The notes beneath the pieces were generated by a model. It saw only the letters and a program-made list of their open reading frames with translations, searched no databases and had not been told where the DNA came from. 64,000 nucleotides of DNA from Styela clava (Eukaryota), in the NCBI RefSeq assembly GCF_964204865.1, contig NC_135263.1, positions 1,736,001 to 1,800,000 of the forward strand. Direction: 5' to 3'. The number at the start of each line of letters is the position of its first letter. Within the stretch, counting starts at the first letter, position 1. The translations under genes and the position numbers were made by a program. Below are positions 1 to 13,644 of this stretch, piece after piece.

Positions 1-23
1 GAAAAAATACCAAAAATCATTAA

Positions 24-524
24 TCTTCGCGGGAGAGTTCGTGAACTACTAGCGTTGACAATGTTACACATCGTTGCTATAGTATCATTACAGTCAGTGG
101 ACACGGACGGATCGACCAACACAATGGGACAGCCATGCAATACTACAAATCTACCACATATCTCAAGATAAACCTAATTTTAGCCAAAGTGGTGAAAGTG
201 TGATTTTGACGCTGGTAATCACAGTCAAGAGTATGATTTTCCAATTCCGACTCTTGGGAATTTTAAACTTTGACTACAGCTCGGGAGAGTTCGTAAATAC
301 TCCGGTGCTCCGGTGAAAATCCTTCAAATGACATTTCTGCGCGCGAGTTCAGCTTCTATTTCAACAATCAGACTAAATTAACCACCGTCGTCATGTGAAA
401 ATTCGATCGAAAAGTGTCGTCAATTTAACACAATAAAAGCCTAAATTAATTTCGCTCGGCGGTCCCACATAAAACGGTGTTTTACATTGTTAAGGGTAAG
501 AGTTCACGAACTCTCCCGCGGAGA
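24..524. mobile_element. TTAA-target MITE (piggyBac-like target site)
   Basis: 24-bp TIRs TCT(T/C)CGCGGGAGAGTTCGTGAACT with 1 mismatch, flanked by TTAA at 20-23 and 525-528. An internal copy CGGGAGAGTTCGT lies near 282. Confidence 0.75.
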
Positions 525-1002
525 TTAAGGGTTCGAATTACCCCAAGGTTTCCCGACCATCGGGGGCGAACCTGACCCCGGCTGATTTATATTACGTTAA
601 CTGTCAAAAAAAAGTTGTTAAATTGATCACAATTTTTGTGCTATGTTTGGCTTTTATTTGCTAAATAATGATAGTTAATTTAAGATTCGGCATGGAACAT
701 TGAAAATCTCGGTAAAAATCTCGTGCCCACTGCCTTGCACATGATGGGGTAAATGAGGTAGACAATGTCGAGACGGAGAAAATACTGGTATTTTGCTACG
801 CTGATGATCCTTAATATTGGTCTCTGATCAAGTAATATTTTATAGCTATCTTCTATATGTTTCGTGAAAAGCATATTCCTGATTTTACTAATATTGTACT
901 TATTGAATTTGGACAATTCTATATAACATTTACTTTGTTGAGTTAGCTTGTTCTCCTCGGATTAGAATAATTTTTTATCTGGTATTCATTCTAAGAATTT
1001 AT

Positions 1003-1239
1003 GGCGCTCCCGAAGTATGCGAACCAAGATGGCGGACATCGGAACGTAACATGGGTAACAGGTTAGGGTCAGGCGATAATTTTTTTTCCAATTTTCCCTA
1101 TTTTAGTCCTATTATCAGTTCGAAGACTAGCCAAGAGCCTCACGTAGTATTTATAGCTAAAATTATGGCCTAACCCTAACCTAGTACACATATTACATTC
1201 CGATGTCCGCCATCTTGGTTCGCATACTTCGGGAGCCCC
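1003..1239. mobile_element. Merlin-like MITE family A, long form
   Basis: GG...CC termini, long TIRs (CTCCCGAAGTATGCGAACCAAGATGGCGGACATCGGAA), perfect 8-bp TSD GAATTTAT. Confidence 0.85.
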
Positions 1240-1587
1240 GAATTTATGACGATTTCAGCAACGAAGCACCTTACCCGAGCCGGTTCTTCCAAAAATAGTA
1301 GCCCATTACATAGCGTTAGATATCGATGCTTATGCTTATACAGGGCCTCGTTGGAAGAAAAATACACGAATATAAACGTATATATAAATATAAAGTCCTA
1401 GAGGGGTGGGTATGGCTTGCTATATGATCAAACCATCTTATCGGGTTTCCTTTATCACGGATAAAATTGTGACGTTCCATCCTGAGGAAGTTGCAAAAAT
1501 CCCACAGGTGTCAATATTCTGAAAAATAAAGTAAAGAAAAAAGATTCAGGTTGCTTTTACAGGGCCTCTCCCATATAATTCATACAA

Positions 1588-1906
1588 AAACGAGAATATC
1601 GGTCAGAGACCGAAGACCTATCGATCGAAGGTTAGGGGATCCCCCAAAACAGCGCTCTTACTCCATAGTGACACCTTGTGTCCCATCACTAATTAATTAA
1701 TAACTCGCTAATTATACGACATAATTCGCCCAAAATCAATAGGCTCCTGGTCCGAGATAAGATGAATGCACATGCAAAATGTGCAGCAGATTCAATCTCG
1801 CCTTCGTGAGATATCGCGTGAATCTAACAGACAAACAAACAGAAAAACAGACATACAGACAGACAAATACCTATCAACATACTTACCGATTAAAATCGAT
1901 AAGTAA
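1588..1906 (-). mobile_element. Helentron-associated (HINE/DINE-1-like) non-autonomous element
   Basis: On the - strand: 5' hairpin TTACTTATCGATTTTAATCGGTAAGTA, a (GTCT/GTAT)n microsatellite, and a 3' subterminal inverted repeat/stem GGTCTCTGACCGATATTCTCG ending in a T-run. No TSD. Confidence 0.65.
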
Positions 1907-1974
1907 AAATCATAGATATCAGGACTGTATTGGATAACCACAATAGAAGTCATGGCTCGTTTTATGAATAATTA

Positions 1975-2272
1975 AGCCGTCATATCGGCATTCATCTCCC
2001 CCTTAATAGATACGAAAACACTGCACTAATGAATTTTTACCGTAATAATAAATACTCAATACGCAAAAATACCACAGGTGTCAACAAGCTGACCAAGATT
2101 TTATAAAGATAGAAAAACATTTCTAATAATATCACCAAATGATTGAGTCGTCTTATCGGCATTCGTCTCCCCCATAACAAATACGAAAACACTGCCCTAA
2201 TGAACTTTTGCAAAAATTCCACAGGTGTCAACAATTTGACCAATTTTTTAGAAATAGAAAAACATTTCTAAT
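1975..2272 (+). repeat. Degenerate tandem duplication, 2 units
   Basis: ATCGGCATTC..CTCCCC…TACGAAAACACTGC…CCACAGGTGTCAACAA…AGAAAAACATTTCTAAT occurs twice; a fragment also lies near 1494-1520. Confidence 0.8.
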
Positions 2273-3236
2273 TCTGACCCATTAACTGTGACACATTCCG
2301 AGCGTTAAAAATTGATTTTAAATCCCCCAAACACCAGTCAGTCTTACTCAACTATAATCCTAAAAGATTAAATTTTATAAAGTCAAAGCGCGGTAATTAT
2401 CTCCTGTTACTCCCGCGTAAATTATCACGTGATCAAGCTAGGGCAAATAACATTTTTAAATGAGGCTGTAGAATGGGTGTTTGGCGAGTTTTAATGAAAC
2501 TCCGCCTCTAAAAGTCCCGACCCGCGAATATCCTTCCGTTTCTAATGAAGGAACGTTACGCATTACGCAGGTCCTTACATACCAGTAGCCGCTTGTTTAG
2601 TGCCTTTTTCGGAGTACGAGTGGTGTATCAATCCAATTATGTGAATTAATAAATATGTGAACCACTCTTGCCTGCAAGTCCTAGCATTTTTTTAAATTAT
2701 CACGTGTCCACGCTCGACCAATTACAAAGCAGCATTACTTATCAGACAAAGTAATCCTTTTGGCCTAGACCTGATCCAATTGAAGGAAGTGATTACAGGA
2801 AGCATTTTTGAAATAATTGACCCGTGGCGAAATGACCCTAGTTTTACTTGAACACAAAATTATAAATTTTAGTGCAAAAAGTTAGTTTTAAGGATTAAAA
2901 TTGTTTTCGTAAGTTTTTAACTTGTTTTTCAATTTTGATGGGAAATTCCAGCCAGTCATAATTAGGGTTCCGCCGGCATTAAGATGTCCGCAACTGTGTT
3001 AACGCAGTGGGATAGTGATTAGAGAAATGGTTCTCAGCCGTTTTTTTTTAAATTTTTTTGCATAAAAATTCCCTTTATTAACTTTTTTATTCAATGAAAA
3101 ACTACAAAAACAAAAAACTATGTCTACAATAAGAGACACCTTCACTTTGATAATTAGAATGAAAAATGACCTCTCAGTAGCAAAAACAGTATTATTATTC
3201 ATTGCTATTAAATTAAATTTTACTATAGTAACACAA

Positions 3237-3439
3237 GGTTCCATTACATTTGAATCCACGTACATTTGAACCCATGACAATTGCACCTGCATACTATTGC
3301 ACCTATGAAATTTTTTTTGTTTCACGGATAGTTAAACCCATACTAACCCTAACCCATGGGTAATAGCACCCGCATATAGATTGAACCCGTGGATATACGC
3401 ATGGGTTCAAATGTACGTGGGTTCAAATGTACGGTCACC
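3237..3439 (+). mobile_element. Merlin-like MITE family C
   Basis: GGTTCCAT...GGTCACC termini, subterminal arrays of TACATTTGAACCCA, central CTAACCCTAACCC; perfect 8-bp TSD TAACACAA. Confidence 0.85.
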
Positions 3440-5182
3440 TAACACAAATAAAACTAAATTTATCAATAACTTGCAGTTTTGTAATAGGTTTGAGGTTCAC
3501 CTGAAAGTGTTGCTGTGGCCCACATCGGGCCATGGCCCACTGGTTGAGACCGATGGGTTCAATATATTGGTATCTCGGGCTAATATTTCCGGGTTCAAAT
3601 CTCGTGTTCATCGAAAATGAGGAAAGAGTATTTAACACTATAATACTGTTTGTATATGATTGTACACAAGGTTTCAGAAATCCAGGCAGTATTGCACAAA
3701 TGTTTTTCTAGTCTAGAATATGTTTCAAATGGTCTAAAATCTGTTTGTTCCTACATCGCCCTTCAGAAAAACAGCAAATACAATCAACATCGCAAATCTC
3801 GTACTTTTTCCCGCCGTATCTGCTCATACAGTGCAGAAATGAATAAAAATATGGTAGAATACTACGTTTCAAAATTGAAAACGGGCATGAAATAAACGAA
3901 AAAACGCAATTTTTCAGCTTGAGGAAAACATCAAATATGGTCGTCACCGAACAGCGCCAATATCGTATCCATTTCGACAATAATGAAGATTTTCTCAAGC
4001 CTGTTCATTTCAATCTTTACTCCATATAGCGAAATCGGTAATTTCTCTCGGAGAAAACACTTTACGATTTTTCGAGCTGAAATAATCATACTGTACCGAA
4101 CAGCTTCAATGTTTCAACATAAAACAGTAAAAATTGGAGCATTTCATACATTTTCACACTTTTTATATTAATGGCCAATAAGACAGCAAAAGAAGAAGAC
4201 ATTATTTTTCATCCGTCTTACCTTCAATATTCATGTTCAATATTTAATTGAATATAGATCTTCGCAGCTTAGGCAATTTTATTGAAAAAAACTAATTATA
4301 CTGAATTAAACACGTTAAAATAATTTTTTTTAGCTCAAAAGAAAACAGAAAATTTAGCTGCCATTGACAAGCGAAAAACTCGAAATATTTTTCCGAAGAT
4401 GACGAACATTTGCTCTCAAAGGTGAAAAGTTAAAATTCGTCATTCAGCGAACAGCTTAACTGGCCAATAAGAGGGTCGCAAACCTAAAAGCTAAAATGAC
4501 CTAAATCCCAACGTTAAATATTGGCTAAAATTTTAATCCGGCTATAATTTACATTTTATCCCAAATTCGACGCAGTTGGCACGTAATGTTACCAGCCCCA
4601 CACGAATGTTTAAATTCTTTTTGGTTGACGTCATTCTTATGACGTAAGGAGAATTTCTGATAACATAATCTGTTTTTTACTTTTAAATGTAATTCTCTAC
4701 CTTGTGCCACCTTGGAAGCTTTGTAATTGTATATTTCCTGAAATCAATGTGACGACATAAATACCACATGAATGATTGTTTATTTGTCAACAATGGAATG
4801 TTTTGATTTAAAAAGTATTTTTGGATTTGCCATATATGGGATTGATTCTTATCCTTAAATTTCAAACTTCAAAATTTGTTTTCTTTTTCTCTACCATAAC
4901 CAATGATTGTTTATTTGTTAACAATGGAATATTATGATTTAAAAAATTACTTTGAATTTGCCATTTAATGTTATGTTTAACTGATCATTTATGAAGGAAA
5001 CTTACTATTCCCTTTTTTTTCCTTTTTGTAGAACAGCCATGTGGGATGGTGCGGTATAAATGGCAAAAAAACAAAGTCTGGATCAATCATGAAATAACTT
5101 TATCTATTGGGGTGTTAGCGATCACTGTGATAATGTCAAAAGAAAATAGATATATATAAATATTTGATATTAATAATGCAAA

Positions 5183-5372
5183 ATTGACTTCATAATGCAA
5201 AAATATAAAGTCATAATACCAAAATGCCTTCACAATACATACGATCGAACGTCACATTATAAAAAAACATGACGTCACAATACAAAAACCTATGACGCCA
5301 TAATAATAATAAAACATGACGTCATATTACAAAAACTTGAGTCGTTATACAAAATATGGCGCAATAATACTA
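5183..5372. repeat. Degenerate 20-24 bp minisatellite with TGACGTCA core
   Basis: About 9 units resembling ATGACGTCATAATACAAAAAC. Confidence 0.7.
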
Positions 5373-6024
5373 TTCCCTCGCCCCATGTCGGAAGCGATAG
5401 CCAAAGAAGCCCCCATCCACCCTATTTGCATATTGGAGTCCTATGTTAACGTCAAAATTACTACTACCGACCTTAGGCTGATAAAAATCTGTTGCTTGAA
5501 AAGTAATAAAGTTGTTATGTTTACAAAACTGTCTAACATATGGTTGGCTTTCAAGATTATTAGATCATAATAAATGATGAAAGGTGGAATGCCAATTGAT
5601 TGTTATGTAGATAACGTCATAATGGAATCAATGTAAATAAATTGTTACGTTGATAGACGCATAATAAAACCATTGTTATTCATAATATCAAGTTTAAATA
5701 TTTTCATATAACGTTTATACGCATGGAACACACTTAACTTGAACGATATATACACATATTATTTTTGGCCATCCTTGTTTGATCTAAATATGGTGATTAT
5801 CTCCCGCTGGCGGCAAAAATGCGCGGGAAATGATTAATTATGAGATAACAAAGATTGTTGCCAAATTTAGTCGTGTGTAATTTCTGATGGATTCCCTCAT
5901 CTGCCCAAATCAAATTCGTCAGAACGCAATTCCAATCTATCCGAATGGTAGCTCCTCAAATAGCGTTAGAATATCAGTGGCTGACTGTATAAGGCAGGGT
6001 GACCTAAAAATATATTGAACGATT

Positions 6025-6137
6025 GGGGCTCCGGAAGTATTCGTACCAAGCTGACGCACAACCTGAACAACCCTAACCTGGTACACATACTATGTTCAGG
6101 TTGTGCGTCATCTTGGTACGAATACTTCGGGAACACC
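6025..6137. mobile_element. Merlin-like MITE family A, short palindromic form (about 112 bp)
   Basis: GGGGCTCC...GGAACACC, almost entirely inverted repeat; TSD GAACGATT/GAACAATT. Confidence 0.8.
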
Positions 6138-6604
6138 GAACAATTTTGACTTGGACGTTTGACCAGGTTCATAAACTCTGGCACACAACCCTTATTTTAT
6201 TTTTTCAATTCTTCACTCCGAGCAAGGCTGTGGGCAAGGCACCATTACGTTAATTAACGACCATAAAATGGCGACGCATTTCGGTTGCGCACACAGGAGA
6301 GGCTATGAAGGGTTTTGAGGATCGGACCACTCTTGCTTACGCGGGGTTTGTACATTCGATGTACATTGTACATTCGATGTGACGGTCCGCTAACATTGTA
6401 ACTCTCCAAGTATGATCAGCTGCTTCTGTGCAGAGAAGCCTTTTTCTTGGCGAATATGTACAAATACCAAATAAAAATGATTCTATAACTTTAGCTCGTA
6501 TCGTTTCTGAAGCTGCAGGACCTGGTTGGAAGTGTGGAAATGTGGAACGCCTCATCAAAAGCTTCCTCAGGGGCGTACCCATAGGTAGGGGTTACGGGTT
6601 AAAA

Positions 6605-7060
6605 CAGGGGTGGGCAACATGCGGCTCGCGACGAGATTTTGACCGGCCCGTTGACTGTATCCAACCACACTCTGTAATGTGGTCCGACGCATTATTCCTG
6701 AAAGTTGTCGATCGCTCTACACTCACCACACTGTCAGTGCGAGTTGGTGAAATAAACGTTTGCGTTAGAACACTTGTTAAACAAACAATATAAGGTCAAA
6801 GCAGAGAGCGTTGTAAACATTCCCCGCTACTGTTATCAGTTATATTTGGAACCTAAATATAAAAAGATTTTAGAAATTACATTTTATATTAATATTAGGT
6901 TTTATTAACCATAAAATATCCCAAGAAACGTAAAGTTGACAGAGAGTGTCGAGCATTTAACAAAGATTGGATACCGAAGTATTTTTTGTAATATTCCGGC
7001 CCGCCGACGACTTCATTTTCCCACATCTGGCCCGCCGACTAGAGAAGTTGCCCACTCCTG
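6605..7060. mobile_element. hAT MITE
   Basis: CAGGGGTGGGCAAC...GTTGCCCACTCCTG; perfect 8-bp TSD GGTTAAAA. Confidence 0.85.
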
Positions 7061-7262
7061 GGTTAAAACCTAGGAATGTAAATAAGCATTTGTGTCTATA
7101 ATCCAACCCAATCGATTTTGGCATCTTGGTAAGAATATATATGTTCGCATGATTATTTCATGTCTGTTGTGTCGCTTTAAGTTATTTTATTTGTTGTTTG
7201 ATTAAAAATAAAGTCACAGTCAAACCTCAAGATCTTCTGAATTTTAGCGAAATTGATGGAGT

Positions 7263-7471
7263 GGCGCTCGAGTGTGTACCAATATGAAGATAACTAATTT
7301 TGTTCGCTTACTTTACATCAAGTTGTGTAAAGGGACTGAAACTCATGGGCAGGGGGTATATTCACTTAGTTAACACAGACAGTCCCCTAACTCGTAATAG
7401 AACTAAAATAAGATAAATCGGAATAAAATTTTGCCTTAACCTTAACCTGGTACACACACTAAGGGAGTATC
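7263..7471 (+). mobile_element. Merlin-like MITE family B (asymmetric)
   Basis: Shares the body …CATCAAGTTGTGTAAAGGGACTGAAA…ACACAGACAGTCCCC… with the other B copies; the right half matches family A. Confidence 0.75.
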
Positions 7472-7997
7472 TGACAAAAAACTATAAAACATAGCAAATA
7501 GAACATATCAAGTGGTCTCACATCCTCAATTAAAGAAATCCCCATAAAACAGTGCAAATATTGTTCCCTTAGATTTCGCGCCAGTCGTAATTTTTAATGT
7601 CTTCCTTAGGGCGGACGTACTCGAAATTATATTATAATAGTGACGTAACAGAGTACACATATTTTGACGCGACAATGCATATATTGTGACGAATAATAAA
7701 CTTTCTCCGCCCATTGTTTAAATGGTTCTATTTCCTCTGAATCAACTATTCAATAGGTTACTAAAGTACGTTGACCCCGAGTTGAGGACAAATCCGTAAA
7801 TTAAATTCAGCGGAATTTTATGATCTGAATTTATGAGAAAAATATTTATTGACAACGTTTTTGTAGCGACGAAGGAAAATGGACGGAGGCAAAAAGCTTT
7901 TGTGCGAGTTTGGGGCAAAAACGCCAAGAACTTTTCCCGACCGTTCCGACATTTGGATAGTATTGAGAAAATCTCTCAAAACTGGAAAGAAAACAAC

Positions 7998-8224
7998 GGG
8001 GCTCCCGAAGTATGCGAACCAAGATGGCGGACATCGGAATGTAATACGTGTATAGGTTAGGGTTAGGCCATAACATTAGGTATAAATACTACGGGAGGCT
8101 CTTGGCTAGTCTTCGAACTGACAATAGTACTAAAATAAGGAAAATTGGAAAAAAAATCATCGCCTAACCCTAACCTGTTACGTTCCGATGTCCGCCATCT
8201 TGGTTCGCATACTTCGGGAGCACC
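7998..8224. mobile_element. Merlin-like MITE family A, long form
   Basis: Same TIRs; perfect 8-bp TSD AAAACAAC. Confidence 0.85.
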
Positions 8225-9331
8225 AAAACAACTCTACATTAACTAAACAATCGTCATACTGTTAAAAATGAACCAAAATTAATGTAATTTCAAAGTTATT
8301 GTATCGGTCTACGTTTCGTGAGTATACATGTGCAAACTATGGCTCGCGGAACAAATCCGTTTTTACATTTTATGTAAAGATTGATTGATGATTCTCAACC
8401 TTCTGCGGCCATGGTCCCTTTTCAGAGTCTTTTCTGGCTCATGCCCTCCCTGCTTATCATTCCAGTGGAAATTATAGTGTTATTTTGATTGGTAGACTAC
8501 AAATCCCATTATGATAGAACAATTCATGCTCGCAAAGTGAAAACACTCTGTGAAATAACCTTATCAAGCAATGGAACTTGGAAGAACAGGGAGGATTTTG
8601 TAGATGAAAAAGTGAAAACAGTTTTGCGCCTAGTATCGTGGCTACCTCCAGCTGCTCTGTGGCCCACCGGCGGGGCCACAAGCCCCGGATTGGGAACCGA
8701 TGTTTTAATCAAATACGGAATCACGATTCAACCAACTTCACTTCACGACTATTGCGTGTACAAAATATACATGCTGACCCATACATACACATACTCAATA
8801 GCGTACCCGGCCTAAAATTTTGGGGAGTGCAAAAAAATTTTTTTTTGTATATTGGTGTAATACGACGTTCACTCGTGCTTAACGCTCCAAACATGGCTAT
8901 ATAAAAGTAGTCTTTGATATCTAGCATTATTTTATGGAATTTATCTACAGACGTTCGCTGCCGAAGTATCCAAACCGTATGAGCGCGCTTTTTCTTCTAT
9001 CTCGTTTAGTTTATTTGGTGAAACGAATAATAATCATAGCAAGCCAGGGAATGTCCGGTTTTTAGTAAATCACTCAAGAATAGAGAAAATGGTATTGAAA
9101 AAATCGTATGAATTTATTATTATGAACCAACTCACATTGTTTCGCACCTTACTTTGTTCCTGAATTCCGAATAAATTTACGCCTATTTTTAACAGCATAT
9201 TATCAGCAGACAAAAATATTTATTTCCGAAATGATTTCATTCGTGATTTGCGCCATGATAACAGTAAAAGTTCACTTTGAGAAAAATGGTAAATTATGAT
9301 GGAATTTCCATGCCTTCGTAAGGATCACCAC

Positions 9332-9521
9332 AGTACTCACGCAGTGTGCATAATTTATTCCGATTTTTCCTATTTCAGTTCTATTACGTATTCGAGGACT
9401 GTCTGTGTTAGCCAAGTGAATATACTCCCTGCCCATAGGTTTCAGTCACTTCACACAACTTGATGTGAAGTAGCGAACAAAATTAGTTACATCCATATTG
9501 GTACGAATACTTCTGAGCGAC
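9332..9521 (-). mobile_element. Merlin-like MITE family B
   Basis: Reverse-complement copy of the family B body. Confidence 0.7.
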
Positions 9522-9749
9522 GTATACTTTTAGAATAAAAGTCATTCAATATTCTTAATAATCAACAACTGTATTATTTTTTGTAAATATTTTTTACGTT
9601 ATGTGAAAAATAAATTATGACATCATGTTATCAGAGGGGTAGACAATTAGTTGTCTGAGTGGGCCATTCACAGATAACAAACAGGTTACTGGGCTGTAGG
9701 TTTAAAACTCAATATAAAAAAAACTATGAATGAAAACAGTACAAAATCT

Positions 9750-9860
9750 GGACCTCCAGAAATATGCGCACCAAGATGGCGCACAACCTGTACATAGTAG
9801 GTGTGTACCGGTTAGGATTTAGGTTGTGCGACATCTTGGTGCGCATACTTCTGGAGCACC
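9750..9860. mobile_element. Merlin-like MITE family A, short form
   Basis: GGACCTCC...GGAGCACC; perfect 8-bp TSD CAAAATCT. Confidence 0.85.
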
Positions 9861-10481
9861 CAAAATCTAGTCCAACAGCTAGGCTTAAGATTATACCAAA
9901 ATAAAAAGCATAATGTAACAATCGGGGTCATTATGACGTTATTTTCGAGGGAAATTTATATCCATAAAAAATATAGTCGTACTTTCTGCAGGCACAAGTG
10001 GGCCGGATAAAATACCTCGGTGGGCCGGATCCGACCCGCAGGCAGCAATCTGCCCACTCCTGTGTTATGACGTCACAACTTTTTACTTATCATTCCCCAA
10101 TTTACTTTGTACTTCTCTCTCGCATTCAAAACCTCTATAAATGAAACATCAATAATGACAGACACGAACATGCCTAACGCGAATTTTATCCCAAGTTCAA
10201 AGCCGACGCACATTCTTCCTGTCTTTGAAACGACGAATTACGTGTCATGCAACCTGACCCGGAACGCGACCGGTGCCAAATATGCTCCCTTGCTATTCAA
10301 GCGTGACTAAACCGCGTTCTGCTGACTGTTACAAGTGAGATAATCCGCAATTGCTAAAAGTTGAGGCAAGTTTATAGATTTTCGTAAAACATTGTCCAAA
10401 TTTATGAGTAGATAATGTGGATTAAAAGAGTTTCATATTATGCCCATTTAAAAGTGTTATCGCCCTGTTGCCATTATGGCC

Positions 10482-10997
10482 CATTGTTCTTCAACCTTTT
10501 TTATCGTGGTATACCTTTTACAATTTTTCAAGAACTTTGTATACCTTACAAATACCAATGTTTATTCAAGGCCTAAATAAACAATGAACTTTAAGCACAT
10601 ATTGCAATGCAATATCATCATGCAATCTAATAGGCTAGTGTCCGCAAGTTATAAATCTGACTGACGTACTTAGCGTAAACGGGAATAATGTTCAACGTAA
10701 ATCAAACGAAGTGCATGACAGCCGAAATCACCAACCCAGACACGTGACCGCATTATCTATATAATTTGTGATGTAACAATGTGCTCACGTTAGTTCTATG
10801 CGTAAACGACGTTTTATATTTCATGTACGCCCCGTTTGCATTGTTGTCTCCGCTTGAATATTTTATAATTTCTTATATTAGATTCCAGATTCCCTGATTT
10901 AGGCTGTACACCCTTTGTATACCTTTAATTAGTTGTATACCCAACTTATGGCCCGGTATACACTTGGGTATACCGTACACCCGGTTGAAGAGCACTG
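10482..10997. mobile_element. hAT MITE
   Basis: CATTGTTCTTCAACC...GGTTGAAGAGCACTG TIRs; CATTATG on both flanks. Confidence 0.65.
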
Positions 10998-11254
10998 CAT
11001 TATGCTGCTACGTAGACTTAATTTATCGAAAGCCTGGATCTTTTGTACGAAGTGCCCATCACGAATGCGAGATTTGAGAAAAGCATTCATGCCACATTTT
11101 AAAATTATAAAAAATTTTTTGACTATCCAGTTAGGATTGGTGTTGGGGCAAGGAATGATTTAAAAATTTAAATTTCCAGTGCGATCTGCATTTCTAATCC
11201 TAACTGAAGAATTATAATTTTCCCTATTTTGACGGTTGGCGGGGGTTGTTTTTT

Positions 11255-11435
11255 GGCGCTCCAGAAGTGTGTGTACCAATGTGGAGGTAACTAATTTTGT
11301 TTGCCTACTTCACATCAAGTTGTGTAAAGGGACTTAAAACTTTTGGCAGGGAGATATTCACTTAGCTAACACAGACAGTCCCCGAACTCGTAAAAGAACT
11401 AAAATGAGGAAAATCGGAATAAAATTATGACCTAA
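11255..11435 (+). mobile_element. Merlin-like MITE family B, 3'-truncated
   Basis: GGCGCTCCAGAAGTGTGTGTACCAAT start followed by the family B body. Confidence 0.75.
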
Positions 11436-11868
11436 TACGAAAGTACTTTTTTTTGAAGGTGGCTTTGTACAAAAGATTCGAACGCCTCGCTAGACGTGCA
11501 CTGGCAATCAAAATCCGACAACGGCCTTTCTCTTAATTCCTGTTTTTTTGCGATGTGTCAAGAGATACATTGTTAAAAGGGCAATTTTCCACTTAAGACA
11601 CCGTTACATTCGTTGATTTTGAAAGGAGTCACGCGTTTCGACACGCTTTATGATTGTCAAAATCTTTTGCTCGCTAAAGACGACTAATGATCCGCGAAAT
11701 ACCAGCCTTGTTTACCTCGGTTTGGTTCTGAAACAGGCTCTGCACTATACAAGTAGTCGATTACGCGTTGGGGGGGAAAAGCTCGATTTTTTCTTTGATT
11801 ATTTAGCGTTCTCAATTTATTACGTTATGGGTAATGAAAAATGGTGTGTCATGTGCGTTAAATACAGA

Positions 11869-12088
11869 CAGGGACATAGCCAGGGGAGGAGTTGAGGGTA
11901 GGAAACCCCTTTTAAAAATGAAAAAAAGGCATTTTTCGTTATCATACATCGTAATTTTTCGCAGCTTGAGACGATTTCTAGACCCTCACGATCCTGGAAG
12001 ACACACGGACCCACTCACTGTCTCGGTATACCTTAGCAATTAGGAATTTCACAACCCCACCCCTCGGAAATTGTCGGCTACGCCACTG
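11869..12088. mobile_element. 8-bp-TSD MITE (hAT-like)
   Basis: CAGGGACATAGCC...GGCTACGCCACTG; flanks AATACAGA/AATATAGG. Confidence 0.6.
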
Positions 12089-13199
12089 AATATAGGCACA
12101 ACTACTAAAAAGCAAACGCTGGTAATTTTCCTAATGCCTGGATAGCTACCTTATATGGCGTTTTCATACCTTAACAAAGTTTAAGAAGAGGCCGCTTGAC
12201 ATAAAGGGCTATTTTCATTAGAAACGTGAGTTATAATTTTTCAATACCTTTCAAAGGTAAAATTTGTAACCCAAAATAAGGACAATCATCATTTTTATCC
12301 AGTCTAAAATTACCATTATTGTTGTTGTCTTTCACGTTCTAAGCCATAAAAGCAGACCCTGATATTTTAAAAGCATTCGCCGCAGACCACATTTTGAAAC
12401 CATTTAAAATCTTTTTAAGTCTGTGATATCTATTCTTGTTCGTCTATCCTGCAGATGAAAACTGTTAATACTAGCTAAGGATGGCCCGGGTTCAAATGAC
12501 GTACTTTTTCTATGGGCCAAACGAGGACCAGATATAATTGGAAAGCAGATTTTTGTCTGAGATTTTACACGTTTGACACTTTAATTTTCAAACGTCCGTT
12601 AAATTACCTACTTGAAGAAACGAGACGAATCTGAAAGTCTTGGGATTTGCAGTTATGGGTGTGTGTCGACGGCGCCATGTTTAATGATTTTTCAAATGTT
12701 TTTTTTAATGAAGGGGTGTTAAATTTATATTTTTACAACGATGATTTTTTTGTGCGGGTATTATTTTTTATATTTGGAGTGAAATTTTTAAACTATAAGA
12801 AGCTTTTCCGGATATTTCCACGCCTTCACCCGAAAGAAGGCTCTAGGTAAGGCAAACGCAATATTTCAAACTTACTCTAAATTACGTACTTTAATGTACT
12901 AGTAACTAAATGATACTGAAAGTCCTCAAATTTGCAGTTAAGGACTTTGTCGGCGGCGCCATATTTTATGATTTTCATAAAGTTTTTGTAGGGCGTTGAT
13001 TTTTATTCATTGCTGGCTCCTAACATAGGCACTTGGTCGCCACTAATACAAACATGTAAGATTTAAAAAAAAACACCCCGCAGCGTTTTTAAAACTATTA
13101 AATTAGTAGTTATCTACTTGTGGTTAAGGTTCGCAATGATTTAAAAATTCAAATTTTCGGCGCAATTGGTATTTCTAACCCGAACTTGATAATATCACA

Positions 13200-13345
13200 T
13201 TACCCATCGATTTTAATCGGTAAGTATGTTGATAGGTATTTGTCTGTCTGTCTGTATGTATGTCTGTTTGTCTGTATGTCTGTCTGTATGTCGGTATGTC
13301 TGTCTGTATGTCTAATTGTCGGTCTCTGACCGATATTCTCGTTTT
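13200..13345 (+). mobile_element. Internally deleted copy of the same HINE-like element
   Basis: Same 5' end and 3' end joined directly through an expanded TGTC/TGTA microsatellite. Confidence 0.7.
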
Positions 13346-13644
13346 TGTTATTTGAGCCCTGGCGTGGATTGTTTTTTGACGAAGGCTTTGTAATAGAGAT
13401 CCGTCACTTGCACTAGAATATATTGAAATTGCAAAACTAGATAAAGTTTGCACGAGGTATATATACGGTCATATACGCCCTTCCATCAAATATCACACTT
13501 TTACCACGGTAAACCATCAATTTATCCAATAAACGGTATTATTATGCACGCACGACTAAATCTAACCAATGTAGAACAACTGAAAACACCTGTACCTTTT
13601 TGCAATAGTAATCAAAATTTGATTTATCATCAGTTTTTGTTATA

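Noticed and set aside
680-916. 78-aa minus-strand ORF
   Set aside because: Non-ATG start, no recognisable homology and no clear splice sites.
6337-6793. Overlapping 81-aa and 121-aa ORFs
   Set aside because: No domain is recognisable, and the + ORF runs through a hAT MITE junction at 6605.
8056-8175. True telomere or interstitial telomeric array
   Set aside because: Only two repeat units occur at each site, always inside MITEs.
13120-13453. ORFs with CLSV / RQTD repeats
   Set aside because: They are translations of the TGTC/TGTA microsatellite in the HINE-like element.
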